NCBI GenBank assembly: GCA_024276305.1
Contig: JAJRXK010000050.1
Span: 2,623-66,622 of the forward strand
Source of the DNA: Candidatus Krumholzibacteriota bacterium
GTDB taxonomy: Bacteria > Krumholzibacteriota > Krumholzibacteriia > JAJRXK01
Direction: 5' to 3'
DNA length: 64,000 bases
The position numbers and the translations under genes are program-made. Under the pieces are notes generated by a model, which worked only from the letters and a program-made list of their open reading frames with translations, had not been told where the DNA came from and did not search any database. Positions 1-7,911 of the stretch are shown here, one piece after another; within the stretch, counting starts at the first letter, position 1; each line of letters opens with the position of its first letter.

Positions 1-11
1 TTGTCGCCTCG

Positions 12-1133
12 GTGGCGGGACCGGTTCTCTTCTCCGAGAATCCTGACGCGGGCCAGCAGCAACAGTTGCGTCGGGTGATCGAGGAAGTGGACTTCCCCTT
101 CGTATTCACGGATCTCCAGGGTCGACCCATCATCTGGAACCCGGATCGGATCGGCATCGCCCTTCCCGATTCCTACGCCGCCATTCTGAGGGCTGATCTC
201 GATCATCCCACGGATCCGGCCTTGGTCGAGCTCCTCGAATTGGTGCAGGAATTCGATTCCAAGCGCGATCCCATCGCAGTCTCGATCTCGGGCCGTCCCC
301 AGGTACTGGGCTACCTGCACTATGGGGGAAGCCGCCTCAGCCAGCAGCTGATCTGGATGCCCTGGCTCGAAGCCCTCCTGTTGTTGGCCTTCATGGGCAT
401 CGTCTTCGTCGCCTTTCGGAACATGAAGCGCAGCGAGTACCGCAGCGTGTGGGTGGGGATGGCCAAGGAGACCGCGCACCAGCTCGGCACGCCTCTGACC
501 AGCCTAAATGGGTGGTTGGCCCTTCTGGCGGAACGGCGGCTCACGAGCGATCAAACCGGCGAAGAGGGTGCGGCAGGAATGGACCCGCAGCAGATCGTGG
601 CGGAACTCCAGCGTGATGCAGAGCGTTTGGGAAAAGTCAGTGCCCGTTTCAGCCAGGTGGGGAGTCGGCCCCGACTGAGCCCAGGCCGCGTCGACGAGAT
701 CGTGTCCGGAGTTTGCAACTACTTTCGCACCCGACTGCCTCACCTGGCCACCAAGGTTGAGTTGATCCCTCGGATCGAGGAGACTCCTCCTGCGCCGATC
801 AACGCTCAGCTCTTGGATTGGGCGGTCGAGAACCTCATCAAGAACGCGCTCGACGCCCTGGACAAGGGCCGAGGAGTGCTGGAAGTCTCCTGTCGATACG
901 ACGCGGAGGAGGATTGGATCGAGATCCTTGTGAACGACAACGGAAAGGGAATGAGTGCGGTCGTCAAGGACCGCGTGTTTCAGCCCGGCTTCTCCACCAA
1001 GCAACGAGGGTGGGGGATGGGGTTGGTGCTCGTCCGGCGCATCGTCGACGAGTACCACGGGGGGCAGATCGACATCCCACGCACCGTCGAAGGCGAAGGC
1101 ACCTGCTTCCGCATTCGGCTGCGTACCCGTTGA
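12..1133 (+). CDS. Sensor histidine kinase (PorY-like partner of the downstream PglZ response regulator); may continue beyond the window 5' edge
   Basis: 373-aa ORF. One TM segment (LLLLAFMGIVFVAF), H-box HQLGTPLTSLNGW, N-box NLIKNALDAL, G1 DNGKGM, G2 GWGMGL. No stop between the window edge and the first start codon. Confidence 0.8.
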   Translation: MAGPVLFSENPDAGQQQQLRRVIEEVDFPFVFTDLQGRPIIWNPDRIGIALPDSYAAILRADLDHPTDPALVELLELVQEFDSKRDPIAVSISGRPQVLGYLHYGGSRLSQQLIWMPWLEALLLLAFMGIVFVAFRNMKRSEYRSVWVGMAKETAHQLGTPLTSLNGWLALLAERRLTSDQTGEEGAAGMDPQQIVAELQRDAERLGKVSARFSQVGSRPRLSPGRVDEIVSGVCNYFRTRLPHLATKVELIPRIEETPPAPINAQLLDWAVENLIKNALDALDKGRGVLEVSCRYDAEEDWIEILVNDNGKGMSAVVKDRVFQPGFSTKQRGWGMGLVLVRRIVDEYHGGQIDIPRTVEGEGTCFRIRLRTR

Positions 1134-1181
1134 GATGATCGCGAGTCGCACCTCCCTTCTCGAACCGCCGCGGGAGCAATC

Positions 1182-2735
1182 ATGAGCCGACGCATCCTCT
1201 GGGTCGATGACCAGATCATCGAATTGCGCAGCCACATCCTCTTTCTCGAAGGGAAGGGCTTCGATGTGGTGGGCGCCAGCAATGGAGACGACGCCCTCGA
1301 CCTTCTTCGGAATCAGACCTTCGAAGCAGTGCTCCTCGACGAGATGATGCCGGGTCGAGGGGGGCTCGAGACCTTGGCCATGATCCGCGAGCTGGGACTG
1401 GCACTCCCGGTGATCATGATCACCAAGAGTGAAGAAGAAGAGCTCATGGAAAAGGCTCTGGGGCGGCGGATCACCGACTATCTCGTCAAGCCGGTGAATC
1501 CCATGCAGATCTTCACCGCACTCCGGCGAGCCCTGGATGAATTCAAGATCACCGAGCGACAGGTCGCGCAGGACTATCTTCAGGGTTTCGCGGAACTCGC
1601 CCGGCGCCGAGCGGAGGCTCGGACCTGGCAGGACTGGGCCGAGATCTACGACCGGCTCGTGAGTTGGGAGCTTCAGCTCAATGCGCTCAAGGATCCCGGC
1701 CTCGCGGAGACCCACGTCGACCAAGTGCGCAATGCCAATGGAGATTTCACCCGATTCGTGGAGGCGAAGTACCAGGGTTGGATCGAGGGCGACGAAGATG
1801 CTCCCATGCTCAGCCACGAGGTGATTCGCCGGAAGGTCCTGCCCCATCTCGAAGCCGGAAAGCGGGTGTTCTTCTTCGTCATCGACTGCATGCGGCTCGA
1901 CCAGTGGTTGGCGCTCGAGCCCGTGCTCACGCCCTGGTACGACGTGCAGCGCGATGTCTATTCCAGCATTCTGCCCACGGCAACTCCCTTCGCCCGCAAC
2001 GCGATCTTCGCCGGCGAACTGCCATTGGAGATAGCGCGACGTCATCCGGATTGGTGGCGGGGGTCGGCCCGGGAGGAGCGCAGCAAGAATGCGCACGAGA
2101 GCGATCTGCTTCGGGATTTTCTCGATCGCCACGGACACCGCGACCTTCGGATGCGGTACTTCAAGACCTTCCGCATTCAGGACACCGAGGTCATGCGACG
2201 GCAGATCCGGACTCTCAAGGATCACCAATTGGTGGCGGCAGTGGTGAACTTCATCGACATCCTCGCGCACGGACGCAGCCACAACGATCTCTTGCAGGAG
2301 ATCGCTCCGGACGAAGTGGCCTTTCGGAGCATGATGCGGTCCTGGTTCGAACACTCCGCGCTCTTGGACATCCTCAAGGACATCGCCAACTGGCCGGATA
2401 CCGTGGTGGTGATCACCACGGATCATGGCGCAGTGCAGGTGAAACGGTCTACCCAGGTGAAGGCGAATCGGGAGGCCTCGACCAACGTTCGCTACAAGTA
2501 CGGGGACAATCTGACTGTCGATCCCTCGCAGGCCTTCATCATGAAAGATCCCCGGAAGTTCGGTTTGCCTCAGGACTCTCCCATTCAGAACTACATCTGC
2601 GCCAAGGAATACACCTACTTCCTCTATCCTACGAACTTTCACGAATACGAGCGGCAGTACCGCGATAGCTTCCAGCACGGTGGAGTCTCGCTGGAGGAGA
2701 TGATCATCCCGGTGGTGACCCTCCAGCCCCGATGA
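1182..2735 (+). CDS. porX: Response regulator with C-terminal PglZ / alkaline-phosphatase-superfamily domain (PorX-like)
   Basis: 517 aa. CheY-like receiver (ILWVDDQ ... VLLDEMMPGRGG ... ITKS), then a helical linker and a PglZ-type domain ending in VVVITTDHGAVQV. Length and architecture match PorX-type regulators. Confidence 0.8.
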   Translation: MSRRILWVDDQIIELRSHILFLEGKGFDVVGASNGDDALDLLRNQTFEAVLLDEMMPGRGGLETLAMIRELGLALPVIMITKSEEEELMEKALGRRITDYLVKPVNPMQIFTALRRALDEFKITERQVAQDYLQGFAELARRRAEARTWQDWAEIYDRLVSWELQLNALKDPGLAETHVDQVRNANGDFTRFVEAKYQGWIEGDEDAPMLSHEVIRRKVLPHLEAGKRVFFFVIDCMRLDQWLALEPVLTPWYDVQRDVYSSILPTATPFARNAIFAGELPLEIARRHPDWWRGSAREERSKNAHESDLLRDFLDRHGHRDLRMRYFKTFRIQDTEVMRRQIRTLKDHQLVAAVVNFIDILAHGRSHNDLLQEIAPDEVAFRSMMRSWFEHSALLDILKDIANWPDTVVVITTDHGAVQVKRSTQVKANREASTNVRYKYGDNLTVDPSQAFIMKDPRKFGLPQDSPIQNYICAKEYTYFLYPTNFHEYERQYRDSFQHGGVSLEEMIIPVVTLQPR

Positions 2736-3247
2736 ATCAGGTGCCCATGGAAGTGCTTCGAGCGGAGAGCAACAGTTTGGCCGCAACCAGAGCCCTGGCC
2801 GCGGCCCTGGCCGAGGTGCTCCGACCCGGAGATGCGATCTGTCTCGAGGGCGACCTCGGGGCGGGCAAGACCGCATTCGTGGCTGGCCTGGTGGCCGCAC
2901 TCGGGAGTGATGCGGAGGTGACCAGTCCGACCTTCACCCTCGAGAATCGCTATCGAGTGGAAGGCCGCGACTTCGACCTCTTTCTTCACTGCGACCTCTA
3001 CCGTCCCGGAGAGGATGCGCGGCGCGACCTCCTTCCTTCGATGCTCGAGGCCCGCGACGAGGGGGCGGTTCTGGCCGTGGAGTGGGCGGCGCCGGTGGAG
3101 GAATTCCTGCGGCCGCTGTTGCGCTTGAAGATCGAAGTGGTGGACGAGCGGCAGCGGCGCTTCGGTCTCGAGCCCGTTCCCGCGGGGTGGCCGGCCTTCG
3201 CAGATCTGGCCCGAGAGTGGGAGAAGATTCGAGGAGGTTCCGCATGA
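2732..3247 (+). CDS. tsaE: tRNA t6A37 biosynthesis ATPase TsaE
   Basis: 171 aa. P-loop GDLGAGKTAFVAGL followed by SPTFTL. ATGA overlap with the upstream stop. Confidence 0.85.
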   Translation: MNQVPMEVLRAESNSLAATRALAAALAEVLRPGDAICLEGDLGAGKTAFVAGLVAALGSDAEVTSPTFTLENRYRVEGRDFDLFLHCDLYRPGEDARRDLLPSMLEARDEGAVLAVEWAAPVEEFLRPLLRLKIEVVDERQRRFGLEPVPAGWPAFADLAREWEKIRGGSA

Positions 3248-3960
3248 AGTGCCTCGCCATCGACAGCAGCGGATTCGGGGCCCAGGTGGCCTTGGCCGAA
3301 GCGGGGGAAGTGGTGGCCGAGGTGGCCCACGATCTCGGGGGTGGGTATGCGGAGTCCCTCTTCGGTCTCTTCGACGCGGTGCTCCAACGCGCGGGCTGGG
3401 ACAAAGGGGATTTGGAACAGGTCGCGGTGGTGGAAGGTCCGGGGAGCTTCACCGGTCTGAGGGTGGGAGTGATGACCGCGAAGACTCTGGCCCACGCGCG
3501 CGCCTGGGCTCTGTCCACGGCCCACGCCAGCGACCTCGTGGCGGTCCAGCATCGACCCGCGGATCTGGGAGCATCGAAGCTGCACGTGCTGCTCTCGGCC
3601 GGGAGGGCCCACGCCTACCTCCGGACCTATGCTGCGGCTGAGGAACGGTGGTCCGCAACGGGGCCGGTTACCCGCTTGGCCGATGTCGACCTCGACGCCT
3701 TTGCGAATGCGACCTCCGACCCCATTCGAGTGGAGGCCTCCTACGCCCTCCGTCTGAATCGTCCCTGGGCTCGGGCGGTCTCCCACACCCTGGCCCACCA
3801 ACTCGCAGGGTCGAGCAGCCGCGGAGCCTGGCCCGCTCGGGCCTCTACCGTCGCCGCCCTGGAGCCACTCTACGCCGGCCCGAGCCAGGCCGAGCGGGCG
3901 CACCAACTGGATCTGACCGAGGAAATCCGGCGCCCTCAGCCCCCGGTGTCCTGGAAGTGA
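3244..3960 (+). CDS. tsaB: tRNA t6A37 biosynthesis protein TsaB
   Basis: Internal ATG at 3244 (MKCLAIDSS...) overlaps the tsaE stop. GPGSFTGLRVGV motif. The track ORF start at 3082 lies inside tsaE and is rejected. Confidence 0.85.
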   Translation: MKCLAIDSSGFGAQVALAEAGEVVAEVAHDLGGGYAESLFGLFDAVLQRAGWDKGDLEQVAVVEGPGSFTGLRVGVMTAKTLAHARAWALSTAHASDLVAVQHRPADLGASKLHVLLSAGRAHAYLRTYAAAEERWSATGPVTRLADVDLDAFANATSDPIRVEASYALRLNRPWARAVSHTLAHQLAGSSSRGAWPARASTVAALEPLYAGPSQAERAHQLDLTEEIRRPQPPVSWK

Positions 3961-4424
3961 AGGATGGGTCGTGGAAGATTCGACCGGCAGAGGTCGAAGA
4001 TCTCGACGCGGTGGTGGAGGTGGAGAGGCTCTGCTTTGGAGATCCCTGGCCCCGCGAGGCGTTGGAGGAGGAGCTGATCGCCCACCCCCGTCGCTGTCCT
4101 CTGGTCGCGGAAATCGAGGATCAGGTGCGGGGAGTCATCTTGGTGTGGGTGGTCGCGGACGAACTCCAGATCATCAGTCTCGCCGTCCATCCCCAATGGC
4201 GTCGGCACGGGATCGCCACCGCATTGCTCCATGCCCTCGACGAGACCGAAGCCGGCCGGCGGGCTCAGCTCACCACTCTCGAGGTCCGCGAGTGCAACGA
4301 GGGCGCCATTGCATTCTACGAGCGACACGGATTCGTGGAGGTGGCTCGGCGTCCGCATTACTATCCGGACACCCGCGAGGCGGCCTTGGTGATGGTGCGT
4401 CCTCGGCCGTCGGGGGAAGTGTAG
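3957..4424 (+). CDS. rimI: Ribosomal-protein-alanine N-acetyltransferase (GNAT) RimI
   Basis: GTG 3957 overlaps the tsaB stop (GTGA). GNAT motifs LAVHPQWRRHGIATALL and AIAFYERHGF. Canonical tsaE-tsaB-rimI gene order. Confidence 0.8.
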   Translation: MKDGSWKIRPAEVEDLDAVVEVERLCFGDPWPREALEEELIAHPRRCPLVAEIEDQVRGVILVWVVADELQIISLAVHPQWRRHGIATALLHALDETEAGRRAQLTTLEVRECNEGAIAFYERHGFVEVARRPHYYPDTREAALVMVRPRPSGEV

Positions 4425-4595
4425 GGCTGCCCCGCAGAGGGTGATGTCGGCGGGAAGTTGTTGGAAACAACCGGCTTGGCTCCAAGGACAGGCTCGATGT
4501 TGTCGGGGCGGTCTGGCTTCTCTACATTCAGACCCTGCATTTCAACCCGACCTCCTGCAGCGGCGTTCCCGTTGCGCCCGAGCAGAGGAGTGACC

Positions 4596-5528
4596 ATGTC
4601 CTGGTTGACGCGCGCTCGCAAGGGCATTCGATTCTTCGGCCAGCCGGAGAACGGCGAGGTGCCTGCACGCCGGGCCGAGGTTCCGGAAAACCTCTGGACC
4701 AAATGTCCGAGCTGCGGGGATCTCTGCTACCACAAGGAGCTCGAGAAGAATCTCTGGGTCTGCTATCAATGTGGATATCACCATCCCATTGCTGCGACCC
4801 GCTACTTCGAACTCCTTCTCGACCCCGGATCCTTCCGGGAGACCCACACCGGTTTGGTGAGCGGAGATCCACTCGATTTCAAGGACTCCAAGCGCTACCG
4901 TGATCGGTTGAAGGCCGCGCGAGAGAAGACCGGTCGAGAGGACGCGGTACTGACCGGATTGGGAAGCATCGATTCCATGGGCGTGAGCATCGCGGTGATG
5001 GACTTCCAGTTCATGGGCGGCAGCATGGGTTCGGTGGTTGGAGAAAAGATCGCACGGAGCGTCAAGGACGCGATCTCGGAGAGTTGTGCGATGATCATCG
5101 TCAGTCGCAGCGGAGGGGCCCGAATGCAGGAGTCGATTCTTTCGCTCATGCAGCTCGCCAAGACCAGCGCGATGCTCGCCCGCCTGGCCGAAGCGGGTCT
5201 TCCTCTGATCTCGATCCTCACCCACCCCACCACCGGGGGGGTCACCGCCAGTTTCGCCATGCTCGGCGATCTCCACCTCGCCGAACCGAAGGCTCTGATC
5301 GGCTTCGCGGGACCGAGGGTGATCAAGCAGACCATCAACCGTGATCTGCCCGAGGGCTTCCAATCGAGCGAGTTTCTCCTCGAGCACGGGATGATCGACC
5401 GGATTGTCCACCGCAAGGATCTGCGCGACGAGGTCCGCGACTTTCTGCAATTCTTCGGCGCGGTTCCTACCAAGGCGACGGAGGAGGGCAACGGTGTTTC
5501 GTCCGGGCAGCTCCCAGAACCAGCTTGA
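4596..5528 (+). CDS. accD: Acetyl-CoA carboxylase carboxyltransferase beta subunit
   Basis: ATG 4596 preceded by AGAGGAG. Zn ribbon CPSCGDLCYHKELEKNLWVCYQCGYH. Carboxyltransferase core MDFQFMGGSMGSVVGEK. Confidence 0.9.
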   Translation: MSWLTRARKGIRFFGQPENGEVPARRAEVPENLWTKCPSCGDLCYHKELEKNLWVCYQCGYHHPIAATRYFELLLDPGSFRETHTGLVSGDPLDFKDSKRYRDRLKAAREKTGREDAVLTGLGSIDSMGVSIAVMDFQFMGGSMGSVVGEKIARSVKDAISESCAMIIVSRSGGARMQESILSLMQLAKTSAMLARLAEAGLPLISILTHPTTGGVTASFAMLGDLHLAEPKALIGFAGPRVIKQTINRDLPEGFQSSEFLLEHGMIDRIVHRKDLRDEVRDFLQFFGAVPTKATEEGNGVSSGQLPEPA

Positions 5529-6867
5529 TCCCATCGACATTGCCGCGTTGCGGCCTCCCTTCGCTCCCACCGATGCGGCCACGACCTGGCTATTCCGTTT
5601 GCACCGTCTGGGAATCCGGCCGGGACTCGAAAGCATTGCCGAACTCCTGGAGTCCATGGGGCGGCCGCAACTCGCGGTGCCTGCGATCGTGGTGGCCGGG
5701 ACCAATGGCAAGGGGAGCGCCGCCACCGCCCTCGCGCAGCTGTTGCAGAGTGGAGGATTGCGAGTAGGGCTCTACACCAGTCCCCACCTGCTTCGTCTCC
5801 ACGAGCGCATCCGCGTCGACGGCAATCCCATCTCCGAGGACGAGCTCTTCGCCTTGGTGAGCGAATTCCGGGGATGGATCGATCACAGTCGGACCACCTT
5901 CTTCGAGTCCCTGACCGCTTTGGCCTTCGAGCACTTTCGACGCTCTGGCTGCGAGGTCCTGGTTCTGGAGGCGGGACTGGGCGGTCGACTCGACGCCACC
6001 AATGTCGCGCGGAAGGTGGCGGTGGTGCTCACCTCCATCGGATTGGACCACCAGGATCTCCTTGGCCACAGCGAGGATGCCATCGCTCGGGAAAAGCTGG
6101 GCCTGGTGGAGGCCGGAGTGCCCTTGTTGACCATGTCTCTCTCTCCGTCGATCCTGGAGGTGGCCGCGCAGAGGACGGCGACGGTGGGTTCCGAATTGAT
6201 CGAGCTCGAGACTTCGGCGGTACCCACTCCGCGACATTCGAGAAGTCGCCGGCATCGCATCGCCTATCGGCAGATCGTGACCGCAGCCCTTGAGCTGTGC
6301 CGCCGCCACGATTGGCCGACCCCGGATCTGGCGGCGGTGGCCGAAGTCTTTCGTCTCCGCGGGCGATACGATCTTCGGGGGACCACGCCCGAACTCCTGC
6401 TCGACTCCGCCCACAATGCCCACGCTCTGGTCCCTCTGTTGGAAGAGTGGAGAGAAGAGGGAGAGGCGGGGGTGGTGCTGTGGTCGTCGACCGAGGGCAA
6501 GGAACTCAGCGGGGTGCCCGAGGCCTTGGTCCGATCCGCGGAAGAGGTGATCTGTGTCGCTCCCGGGTGGCCGCGGGCACGATCGGCGGAGTCTCTCCGA
6601 CAGCTTCTTCTCGGCCACGGTGCTCTTCCCGAGAGGGTGCGGGTCGAGGCTTCGGTGGGTCGGGGGCTGGAGGTGGCTCGGTCTTCCGCTCGCAGTCGCA
6701 AGGGGAGGGTGCTGGTGACCGGATCGAATTTCCTGGTGGCGGAGGCCCTCCACTGCCTGGGGATCGACGATGTGGACGAAGGCCTTTCTCCTCGGTGGGA
6801 CGCGGGTCTCGCGCTCAGAGATGAAGCTCGCGAAGATCTGCACCCAGAGGGGACGGAATCTTCGTGA
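5494..6867 (+). CDS. folC: Bifunctional folylpolyglutamate synthase / dihydrofolate synthase
   Basis: GTG 5494 preceded by GGAGGAG. Mur-ligase P-loop VVAGTNGKGSAA and YTSPHL motif. The accD-folC pairing is common. Confidence 0.85.
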   Translation: MFRPGSSQNQLDPIDIAALRPPFAPTDAATTWLFRLHRLGIRPGLESIAELLESMGRPQLAVPAIVVAGTNGKGSAATALAQLLQSGGLRVGLYTSPHLLRLHERIRVDGNPISEDELFALVSEFRGWIDHSRTTFFESLTALAFEHFRRSGCEVLVLEAGLGGRLDATNVARKVAVVLTSIGLDHQDLLGHSEDAIAREKLGLVEAGVPLLTMSLSPSILEVAAQRTATVGSELIELETSAVPTPRHSRSRRHRIAYRQIVTAALELCRRHDWPTPDLAAVAEVFRLRGRYDLRGTTPELLLDSAHNAHALVPLLEEWREEGEAGVVLWSSTEGKELSGVPEALVRSAEEVICVAPGWPRARSAESLRQLLLGHGALPERVRVEASVGRGLEVARSSARSRKGRVLVTGSNFLVAEALHCLGIDDVDEGLSPRWDAGLALRDEAREDLHPEGTESS

Positions 6868-7838
6868 GCATTGTCTGTGGAGTGGACCTGGGTGGAAGCA
6901 CGACCAAGATCGTGGTGGTGGACGCGGATCTGAGGATCCTCGGTCGTGAGTCCTTCGTCACCGACAAGGGAAGAGGTCCCCAAGAGCTTCTCGATCGCCT
7001 GGACCTTCTCTTCACTCGATTCGAAGGGTCCTTCGGGGAGCTTCGGGGAGTGGGGATTTCGATGGCGGGTCTGGTCGACGATCGAGGCCGGGTGGCCGAA
7101 GCTCCCAATCTCCCCCGCTTCGTCGACTTCGACTTAGTGGGTGCGTTGCGAGAACGACGGAAGACTTTGGTGCTGACTTTCGAGAACGACGTGAACTGCG
7201 CGATCGTGGGCGAGCACCGGCATGGAGCCGGGCGCGGATCGCAGGATCTCTGCATGTTGAGCCTCGGGACCGGAGTTGGAGGCGGCATGATCGTCGGAGG
7301 CCGACTCTTCCGGGGCTCGGGCGGGTTGGCCGGCGAATTCGGACACCTGGTCATCGTGGTCGACGGCGAGAGGTGTACCTGTGGGAAGCCGGGGCATGTG
7401 GAGGCCTATCTCAGCACGCCGGCCATCGTGTCTCGCGCCCGGCGGCGGATGGAGGCCGCGGGAGGGGGAGCCTCGGATCGATTGCGGCGTCGGCTCGAAG
7501 AGGGAAGGGAATTGACCCCGCGTCTGATTTCGGAACTGGCCACCGCGGGAGACGAACTCTGTCGGGAGATTCTTGCGGAATCGGGACGCTATCTCGGGGC
7601 CGCCTGCGCCAGCGTGGCCCATGCCGTTCAACCCCAGAAGATTCTGGTGGGAGGCGGGGTGTCTGGCGCTGGCTCGCTCCTGCTCGAGCCGGCACGTCGT
7701 GCGTTCGAGGCCTTTGCCATGGATGCGGTCCGTCGGACCGTGGGGATCGACCAGGCCGAACTCGGTGCGGAGAGCGCGGCGATCGGGGCCGCATGCTTGG
7801 CTTTGGACGCTCTCGATGAGAATTCGCCTGAGACATAG
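6864..7838 (+). CDS. ROK-family sugar kinase (glucokinase-like)
   Basis: N-terminal GVDLGGSTTKIVVVD ATP-binding motif. ROK Zn motif CTCGKPGHVEAY. GTGA overlap with the folC stop. Confidence 0.8.
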   Translation: MSIVCGVDLGGSTTKIVVVDADLRILGRESFVTDKGRGPQELLDRLDLLFTRFEGSFGELRGVGISMAGLVDDRGRVAEAPNLPRFVDFDLVGALRERRKTLVLTFENDVNCAIVGEHRHGAGRGSQDLCMLSLGTGVGGGMIVGGRLFRGSGGLAGEFGHLVIVVDGERCTCGKPGHVEAYLSTPAIVSRARRRMEAAGGGASDRLRRRLEEGRELTPRLISELATAGDELCREILAESGRYLGAACASVAHAVQPQKILVGGGVSGAGSLLLEPARRAFEAFAMDAVRRTVGIDQAELGAESAAIGAACLALDALDENSPET

Positions 7839-7911
7839 ATTCCCCTTGGCCGTATACATCGTGAGAAACACCCGCTGCCGTCCGCCACGATTCTTCCCGG
7901 GGCGCCCACTC

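Noticed and set aside
504-2900. Very long antisense or alternate-frame ORFs in the track. Examples are 504..2900(-), 7411..9768(-), 19983..21191(-), 21219..22670(-), 32233..34236(+), 35679..37115(+), 41435..43996(-), 45067..47073(-) and 58528..61644(-).
   Set aside because: Each lies opposite or out of frame to a gene with clear family motifs. Their translations are Arg/Pro/Gly/His-rich low-complexity sequence without motifs. This is expected from high-GC DNA, where stop codons are rare in all frames.
3082-7911. Upstream extensions of the track ORFs for tsaB (3082), rimI (3648), accD (4458), folC (5404) and lptD (7573).
   Set aside because: The extensions overlap the preceding genes or lack homology-like sequence. 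Internal starts at 3244, 3957, 4596, 5494 and 7912 have an RBS or stop/start overlaps and begin the conserved regions.
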